The position numbers were made by a program, and so were the translations under genes. The notes under the pieces are model-generated. The model was given only the letters and a program-made list of their open reading frames with translations. It was not told the DNA's origin and made no database searches. A DNA stretch of 64,000 nt from an uncultured Verrucomicrobiae bacterium (GTDB taxonomy: Bacteria > Verrucomicrobiota > Verrucomicrobiia > Chthoniobacterales > UBA10450), in assembly GCA_963735805.1 (NCBI GenBank), contig CAVTMK010000004.1:384001-448000 (forward strand), written 5' to 3'. Below, piece after piece: positions 57,731 to 64,000 of this stretch. Numbering within the stretch: position 1 is the stretch's first letter; every line of letters starts with the position of its first letter.

Positions 57731-57762
57731 TCGGTTTAACGATCCAGCGATTTAACGATTTA
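57731..57762 (+). repeat. Degenerate 8-mer tandem repeat (ACGATTTA family)
   Basis: TCGGTTTA ACGATCCA GCGATTTA ACGATTTA; related copies at 37091-37125, 7469-7487 and 3052-3067. Confidence 0.6.
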
Positions 57763-57782
57763 CGGCCGCGAAGCCGACGCCG

Positions 57783-59054
57783 TCACAACTCGTCACGCAA
57801 GATTTTGAACAGATCTGTGCTATCGACGACACCTTGCAGCGCATCTGTTCCCGGACCGTTTCCAAACGCTACAACATCCTCAACAGTTACCAACGCGGAC
57901 TTGGTATATACCGCCGCCGGCTCCGGCTGTTCCGTCTGCAATTGTTTGCTCGGATTTTCATCTGGTGTACCCGGTATTTTGGCGGCTCCGTACGATTTAT
58001 CGCCATGCGGGCCGGTTGCCCAGGTAAACCAAGGCTGTCCGGCAGAATTAAAACCTAACAGGGCAATCCCGCTATCCTTGCGAAAAGGAAATCCGTTCAG
58101 GCTTAATCCGCCGATCGCCACATCGCCACAAACTATAATGGTCGATTTTTCTCCGCCGTAACTTCGGGCAACGCCCACGGCACGATCGAGTTCGACCATT
58201 TCGCCGAGAGTCCTTTCCGCATTGTTTTCCTGCGCTGCTTTCCTCATTAACCCCGCGTCTACCACCAGCAAATACCCGCCAACATTGTACTGGAGCAACT
58301 GGATTGCTCGTCGCACCATATCCGAGAGGCTCGGCTGCTGATTTCTCTCCTCTACCTGGTTCACGAACGCGAGATCTTCTTTACCAAAGACGCCAACCAG
58401 CTTCGGGCGGCGCCATGCAGGAACCGCGTCCAGCTCGGCTCGGGTTCGAACAATATCAAACCCGTTGCCACGGAGCTCGAGCAAGAGATCCCGACTGTCC
58501 TGTCTCTCTCCGCCTTTTGTTATCGGAAGAAATTGCGCCGCTCCGCCACCCATCGCGATGTCGATATTTCCCCGATCCACAAACTCAGCCGCGATCTTCT
58601 CGGCATCGCTCGAGTCGGCGGGATGAGCATAAAAAGCAGCGCTGGTACCATCAGTGAGCTTTGCGTCCGTTATAAGTCCCGTCGCCCGCCCGTATTCCCG
58701 GGCTAATTCAACGATATTCTTGATTGCTTTCCCGTCGTTGATTGCCAGGGCGCGATTTGCCACTCTCTTCCCAGTCGCAATTGCGGTTGCGGCGGCTGCC
58801 TGGTCTGGAGCGGCGAAATCCTTTGAATAATTCATCACCAAAGCGGCATGAGCCATTGAATCCAGGTTTAGGCGTGTGCCGGCTCCAGCAGCATAGGTGC
58901 GAGTAGGAGCAAGCCGCGCAGGGGAAAGCCCCTCTCCAACAAACAAAATAATTCCGAAAGGCTTCCGGATGACCCAGTGCTGAAAATAAAGAACGCCAAC
59001 GCCAGCAAAGGCAAGGAGACAAAAAAGCGCCAGCAACTGGTTACGCCACTTCAT
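57783..59054 (-). CDS. Alkaline phosphatase family protein, predicted catalytically inactive
   Basis: AP fold landmarks (IILFVGEG, ATAIATG, GGG, PSLSDMV, EDV...GPG) with substituted active-site residues; N-terminal TM anchor. Confidence 0.82.
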   Translation of the reverse strand: MKWRNQLLALFCLLAFAGVGVLYFQHWVIRKPFGIILFVGEGLSPARLAPTRTYAAGAGTRLNLDSMAHAALVMNYSKDFAAPDQAAAATAIATGKRVANRALAINDGKAIKNIVELAREYGRATGLITDAKLTDGTSAAFYAHPADSSDAEKIAAEFVDRGNIDIAMGGGAAQFLPITKGGERQDSRDLLLELRGNGFDIVRTRAELDAVPAWRRPKLVGVFGKEDLAFVNQVEERNQQPSLSDMVRRAIQLLQYNVGGYLLVVDAGLMRKAAQENNAERTLGEMVELDRAVGVARSYGGEKSTIIVCGDVAIGGLSLNGFPFRKDSGIALLGFNSAGQPWFTWATGPHGDKSYGAAKIPGTPDENPSKQLQTEQPEPAAVYTKSALVTVEDVVAFGNGPGTDALQGVVDSTDLFKILRDEL

Positions 59055-59063
59055 TATGTTCCC

Positions 59064-59087
59064 TGTAGCGGCGGTCTATGACCCCCG
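59064..59087 (+). repeat. GTAG-type REP-like palindrome
   Basis: TGTAG-CGGCGGTC-TAT-GACCCCCG. Confidence 0.55.
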
Positions 59088-59155
59088 CAAATGCTGCGTG
59101 ACAACCGAAAGAACCGCTTGTCGATCTTGTCATTCATCGGCAAAGTGCGCGACGT

Positions 59156-60688
59156 ATGGCTGGTCCCGTGATGCTTATCATTCGCGACGGCTGGGGCATC
59201 AATCCAGGCGGAAGCGAGAAGCGCAAGGAAAATGGTGATGCAACCCTTCTGGCTTCGACTCCATTTCACGACAAGCTCTACCGGGATTATCCAGGTTCCA
59301 AATTGAGCGCGAGCGGAGGCGACGTTGGTCTGCCTGAAGGACAAATGGGCAACTCGGAAGTCGGCCACCTTAATTTGGGAGCTGGCAGGATTGTTTACCA
59401 GGATCTGACGCGAATTAACAAAGCGATCAAAGAGGGCGAACTAACGCGTAACCGGGTTTTGCAGGAGACCTTCGCCAGCGCGCGTGGTCACCGGCTTCAT
59501 CTGATGGGCTTGGTTTCAGACGGAGGTGTCCACAGTCATTATTCACACATGATCGCGCTTGCAAACGCGGCGCAGGACGCTGGCGTTTCAGAGATCTTCG
59601 TCCACGCGTTCACGGACGGGCGAGACACGTCACCAACCGGCGGCGCTGCTTATCTTGAAATTTGCGAGAAAGAACTCAGGAAAAGCGGAGGGCAAATCGT
59701 TACTGTTGTAGGCCGCTATTTTGCGATGGATCGCGATCACCGTTGGGACCGCACAAAAAAAGCCTGGGACGCAATTGTTCTTGGTCGCGGCCAATTCTGC
59801 AAATCCTCGCCCTCGGCGGCTGTTTCTCAGCAATACAAAGACGGCAAAACGGATGAGTTCATGCCCCCGCTGATTTTTTCTTATGCAAATGAGCAGCGGG
59901 TGCGCGATGCCGACGTGGTATTGTTCTTCAATTTCCGTGCGGATCGTGCGCGCCAATTATCGCAGGCGTTTTTGCTGAAAGATTTCGAGGGTTTCGATCG
60001 TGAGGTATGGCCACAAGTGCATTTTGTCACTCTCACACAATATGATGCGACGTACTCTTCACCGTTTATTTTTGCGCCACAAGAGCTCGCCCAGATCCTG
60101 GGCGAAATCGTGAGCGCTGCCGGCAAGCGGCAATTACGTATCGCGGAAACAGAAAAGTACGCGCACGTGACCTATTTTTTTAACGGCGGTATCGAGAAAC
60201 CCTTTCCGGGTGAAGACCGCAAACTGATCCCTTCACCAAAAGTTGCCACCTACGATCTGAAGCCGGAGATGAGCGCGTTCGAAGTTACTCGAGAAGTTAT
60301 CGCGCGGATGGCAAACTACGATCTAATCGTACTCAACTTTGCCAATCCCGACATGGTCGGCCACTCAGGCGTGGTGGAAGCGGGAATCGAAGCCGTAGAG
60401 ACCGTGGATAAATGCATGGAGCGAATCATTCCGAAACTCCTCGAACTTGACGGAAAAGCCATTCTGACCGCCGATCACGGTAATTGCGAACAGATGCGCA
60501 ACCCCGATGGCTCTCCGAACACTGCGCACACGAGCAATCTTGTGCATTTCATTTATGTGGCCAACGACGCTGCCAGGTTTCGGTGCGAAGACGGAATTTT
60601 GGCCGACGTAGCGCCGACTATTTTGTTTTTGCTTGGACTGCCGCAACCGAAGGTGATGACTGGGCACAATTTGCTTGTGCCGGCCTAG
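59156..60688 (+). CDS. gpmI: 2,3-bisphosphoglycerate-independent phosphoglycerate mutase
   Basis: DGWG, MGNSEVGH, SDGGVHSH, DGRD, AETEKYAHVT, NPDMVGH and TADHGN motifs. Confidence 0.98.
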   Translation: MAGPVMLIIRDGWGINPGGSEKRKENGDATLLASTPFHDKLYRDYPGSKLSASGGDVGLPEGQMGNSEVGHLNLGAGRIVYQDLTRINKAIKEGELTRNRVLQETFASARGHRLHLMGLVSDGGVHSHYSHMIALANAAQDAGVSEIFVHAFTDGRDTSPTGGAAYLEICEKELRKSGGQIVTVVGRYFAMDRDHRWDRTKKAWDAIVLGRGQFCKSSPSAAVSQQYKDGKTDEFMPPLIFSYANEQRVRDADVVLFFNFRADRARQLSQAFLLKDFEGFDREVWPQVHFVTLTQYDATYSSPFIFAPQELAQILGEIVSAAGKRQLRIAETEKYAHVTYFFNGGIEKPFPGEDRKLIPSPKVATYDLKPEMSAFEVTREVIARMANYDLIVLNFANPDMVGHSGVVEAGIEAVETVDKCMERIIPKLLELDGKAILTADHGNCEQMRNPDGSPNTAHTSNLVHFIYVANDAARFRCEDGILADVAPTILFLLGLPQPKVMTGHNLLVPA

Positions 60689-60734
60689 GCTAGTCTTCAA
60701 CGAAGGCGCCGGGTGATCCGCCTGCACCCAAGGG

Positions 60735-61472
60735 CTACGACGGACAAGCCGATCCCCAGACCCACGCTCCGATGTCGTCGAATGTAATTTCCAATTTGTG
60801 ATTGATTGCTCGGGTGCCAGCCACGGCGATTCGTTGCAAAAGCCGGACCTGATCATCTACTCTTGTTTCGTGCCAGATTGGTTTTCGGGCGACTGTTACC
60901 GAACCGTCGGACTCCACAAGAGCGCCCCACCCTACGGGAATCTCTGAATCGCGGAATAACTTCTCGGGAAGAACCAGGAAACACAAATTCGCGCAGCGGT
61001 AGCGAAGCAATTTGTCGAACTTGGTGCAATCATAGAGGCGATTTTGCAGGGCGCGCAGCTCGCGTAGAAGCCGGACGTAACCGCGGTGGCCAATCGCGGT
61101 GAAATCAGGCAGATCGAATTCTGGAAACAGGGAATCGCCGTTACGCAAGGTCGGGTAATGCGTGCGCAGGTGGCTTTCGAGAAGCTGGCGGCGTTGAGAA
61201 ATCGCTTGGAGGCGCTGGCAGGCAGCTTCACTCTGGCAATTGTCTCGCCGCAAATCGCAGAGCGCCTGTTTGCACTCAAAAATCGCGGTAGATACAACCT
61301 TCTTGGGCGCTAATCGGTATGCAGCAACATCGGCGCGATACCGGCATTTCGGCAGACTTACTTCCATAGCACACGCGGAGTACCCCTGAGTCTGCGCCCA
61401 AAAAAACGCCAGCCGCTTCAGTCGAGCGTGCCTCTCGGTTTCGCCGCGGGCCTGTTTTACTCCCGCAGCCAT
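60735..61472 (-). CDS. Hypothetical protein, MmcB-like PD-(D/E)xK nuclease fold
   Basis: EV...RADVAAY...IFECK...DLRRD and C-terminal FLVLP...GWGAL pattern. Confidence 0.55.
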   Translation of the reverse strand: MAAGVKQARGETERHARLKRLAFFWAQTQGYSACAMEVSLPKCRYRADVAAYRLAPKKVVSTAIFECKQALCDLRRDNCQSEAACQRLQAISQRRQLLESHLRTHYPTLRNGDSLFPEFDLPDFTAIGHRGYVRLLRELRALQNRLYDCTKFDKLLRYRCANLCFLVLPEKLFRDSEIPVGWGALVESDGSVTVARKPIWHETRVDDQVRLLQRIAVAGTRAINHKLEITFDDIGAWVWGSACPS

Positions 61473-62443
61473 CTCGCGAGGTCGCGCGCCCAATAGGTGA
61501 CTATGATATCCGCCCCCGCTCGCTTAAGCGCAGTCATAATCTCGAGTACGGCATCGCGTTCGTTCAGAACTCCTTTCTCGACGGCGCCCTTGACCATTGC
61601 ATACTCGCCACTGACATGATAAACGGCGGTCGGTTTTCCAAACCGCTCACGCACTCGCCAGAGGATGTCCATGTATGCCAATGCAGGTTTTACCATCACG
61701 ATGTCCGCTCCTTCGTCGATATCCAGTCTTACTTCACGCAAGGCTTCTTCAGCATTCGCAAAATCCATTTGATAAGAGCGCCGATCACCAAATTGCGGTG
61801 GACTCTCAGCTGCTTCGCGGAATGGTCCATAGAAAGCCGACGCAAATTTAGCCGCGTAACTCATAATTGCAGTTTGATCGAAGCCTTTGGCATCGAGAGC
61901 TTCGCGAATCGCGCCAACGCGACCATCCATCATGTCGCTCGGCGCCACGATATCCGCGCCGGCGGTAGCGTGAGAGAGCGCCGTTTTCACCAATAAATCG
62001 ACAGTCTCGTCGTTGAGAATGTGGAAATGGTCTCCATCGATACGTGTCACACCACAGTGGCCATGGCTCATGTACTCGCACAGACAGACGTCGGTGATCG
62101 TGACAAGATCCGGACATTTTGATTTAATCGCTCGGAGCGCTGTCTGGACGATTCCGTCTTCGGCGTAGGCGCCGCTGGCCTGTTCGTCTTTTTGCTGGGG
62201 GATTCCAAAAAGTAGAACGGCCTGGAGCCCCAGATCCTGCGCGGCACACGCTTCATCGGCAACTTCGTTTATAGACAGCTGAAAAACTCCCGGCATGCTC
62301 GGAATCGGTCTGCGCTGCTGCACTTTTTCACTTACAAACAGCGGCAAAACAAAATTGTGAGGATTCAAATGTGTCTCGCGCACGAGGTTTCGGAGAGCAG
62401 GCGAACGTCGCAACCGACGCGGCCGATGCACGAGTTTTTTCAC
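61457..62443 (-). CDS. hemB: Porphobilinogen synthase (Zn-type)
   Basis: RPRRLR, DVCLCEYMSHGHCG, APSDMMDGRV, FYGPFREA and MVKPAL motifs. Confidence 0.98.
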   Translation of the reverse strand: MKKLVHRPRRLRRSPALRNLVRETHLNPHNFVLPLFVSEKVQQRRPIPSMPGVFQLSINEVADEACAAQDLGLQAVLLFGIPQQKDEQASGAYAEDGIVQTALRAIKSKCPDLVTITDVCLCEYMSHGHCGVTRIDGDHFHILNDETVDLLVKTALSHATAGADIVAPSDMMDGRVGAIREALDAKGFDQTAIMSYAAKFASAFYGPFREAAESPPQFGDRRSYQMDFANAEEALREVRLDIDEGADIVMVKPALAYMDILWRVRERFGKPTAVYHVSGEYAMVKGAVEKGVLNERDAVLEIMTALKRAGADIIVTYWARDLARWLRE

Positions 62444-62567
62444 AATGCGACGCTACGCGTTGCGAAAGTGGGTCGCAAGCAAGCAGGGGCCAGTTTATGG
62501 GAGTGCCGCCTCAGATGATGGGACAGGTGCTTGACGACACGTGTCGTTAGGTGTCTGCATCTTGATC

Positions 62568-63314
62568 GTGGCGCGTCGCTCGGATTATTTGTTGGTCGAC
62601 ATAAGTAATTCATACGCAAAGTTTGCGTTTGCGTCGGCAGAGCAGGTCTCGACTCCTTTGCGTATGATCACGAGCAAACTTTCAAGCGGCGTGGTCTCCC
62701 GGCTTCTTGGAAAACGAAATGTGGAGAAGGTGGTTGTCTCTTCTGTCGTGCCTGGCAAGGACTGTGCAATTCTGAAAGGTGCGAGAAAAACGAAGATCGT
62801 CTGGCTGAACTGGAAGCTGAAAATGGGTGTCGAGATTGATTATCCTAAGCCCCAATCGATTGGCGCGGATCGACTGGCGAACGCCGCAGCAGTCACAGCA
62901 CTTTACGGCTGTCCTGCGATCGTAGTGGATTTCGGTACGGCCGTGACTTTCGATATTGTCTCGGAGCATCGGGCTTATATTGGGGGTGTGATCGCGCCAG
63001 GACTCGAAGCGATGACTAACTTTCTTTACCAGCGAACAGCACTCTTGCCGAAGCTTTCGTTGAAGGAACCGCGAAGCGCGATCGGCAAATCGACGGTCCA
63101 GGCAATGCTGTCGGGCGCCGTGTTTGGCTATCGCGGATTGGTTCGCGAAATCCTCTCCCAAATTAAAGCGGAGCGGTTTCCTCGTAAGAAAGTTCACGTC
63201 GTAGCGACCGGTGGATACGCCCCACTGATCGCGCGAGGATTGCCCGAGATCGGTGTGGTTCATCCGAACCTTACTTTGGAAGGATTGCGGATCGTGGCGA
63301 ACCTCAATGGCTGA
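62568..63314 (+). CDS. coaX: Type III pantothenate kinase
   Basis: LVDISNS, SSVVP, IGADR, VDFGTAVTFD, GGVIAPG, ATGG and LTLEGL motifs. Confidence 0.93.
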   Translation: MARRSDYLLVDISNSYAKFAFASAEQVSTPLRMITSKLSSGVVSRLLGKRNVEKVVVSSVVPGKDCAILKGARKTKIVWLNWKLKMGVEIDYPKPQSIGADRLANAAAVTALYGCPAIVVDFGTAVTFDIVSEHRAYIGGVIAPGLEAMTNFLYQRTALLPKLSLKEPRSAIGKSTVQAMLSGAVFGYRGLVREILSQIKAERFPRKKVHVVATGGYAPLIARGLPEIGVVHPNLTLEGLRIVANLNG

Positions 63315-63448
63315 TTTATAGCCGGCTAAGATGATCGTTGCTTACTGTTCTCGCGTATCGTGTTTTTCCGAACGCAGCTGAAAAATCGAAGCACTTGAAC
63401 AACTTTCCACTTGTCAGACGCGCCGAATAGGGTTTCAATCGCTACTTC

Positions 63449-64000
63449 ATGAGAGTGTGGGGGATGGCGGCGGTCGCCGCGCTGGTGCTTAGGTTATTCA
63501 CCGCAGATTCGTTTGGAGCGGAAAATGTCGCCCCTACGAAGGCGGAGTTGGAGGAGATGTACAATGCAGCGTTCCGCGCGTTCGATTCGAACAAATTTGC
63601 CGAAGCGCTCAAGCAACTGGATGCCATCGATGCCCGTCAACCTGATCTTGCCGCGTCGAAGAACTTGCGCGGCGTGATCCTGATGCGGCAGGGCAACTAC
63701 GATCAGGCGGAAGCAGCGCTACAGGAGGCTGCCCGAATTGATCCCAAGTTTTGGAACGCGCGCTTCAACATGGCGGAAATCCCGTTTCTCAAAAAAGATT
63801 GGCCCGAAGCGCGGAATCGCTTCGAACAACTTCTCTCCAGCGGCGAATCGGATCTGGCAAAGGAAGCATCGCAGCTGATTCAATACAAGATCGTCCTCAC
63901 GTATCTTATGGAGGGCAAAAATAACATGGTCGATTCCATACAGGCCAAGTTGGAGCTTTCCCCGGATACGCCGGCGGTTGACTACGTAAAGGCAGCCGTC
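63449..64000 (+). CDS. Exported TPR-repeat protein (3' end runs off the window)
   Basis: Manual translation MRVWGMAAVAALVLRL...NLRGVILMRQGNYDQAEAALQEAARIDPKFWNARFNMAE; open to 64000; upstream TTGTCA-N17-TTCAAT. Confidence 0.8.
   Translation, partial: MRVWGMAAVAALVLRLFTADSFGAENVAPTKAELEEMYNAAFRAFDSNKFAEALKQLDAIDARQPDLAASKNLRGVILMRQGNYDQAEAALQEAARIDPKFWNARFNMAEIPFLKKDWPEARNRFEQLLSSGESDLAKEASQLIQYKIVLTYLMEGKNNMVDSIQAKLELSPDTPAVDYVKAAV

Noticed and set aside
62568..62615. CoaX motif DISNS instead of DxGN[TS]
   Set aside because: A single substitution with all other type III kinase motifs intact; not enough to infer altered function.

Overview
GC-rich bacterial chromosomal segment, most likely from a soil Verrucomicrobiota (Chthoniobacterales / 'Ca. 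Udaeobacter'-like) genome. This placement is an inference from gene content and repeat style, not a database result. Most of the window is housekeeping: acnA (partial), rnpB, dxs-xseB, gcvT-gcvH, coproheme decarboxylase, tRNA-Ser(GGA), suhB-ispF-cysS, yicC-gmk-coaC-coaB, mutY, RNase HIII, HU/IHF, a hybrid kinase, GT2, L,D-transpeptidase, rpsT, pdhABC, dgt, ribE-aroD, nhaA, gpmI, hemB and coaX. No integrase, transposase, phage or CRISPR was seen. Items of most interest: (1) an ~18.6-kb envelope cluster (39.1-57.7 kb) with a membrane/spermidine-synthase fusion, two ArnT/PMT-like GT-C enzymes and four TMTC-like (GT-C + TPR) paralogues flanking an unusual TonB-dependent receptor, a candidate uncharacterised protein-glycosylation system; (2) an 18-aa Lys-rich microprotein gene absent from the ORF track (MAKKKKAAKKKSAKKKRH) with its own RBS and strong terminator; (3) an alkaline-phosphatase homologue that has lost its catalytic residues; (4) a duplicated A-tract promoter/operator module upstream of the receptor; (5) a 1-nt frameshift in coaB; (6) several families of REP-like and 7/8-mer repeats, some inside coding sequences.
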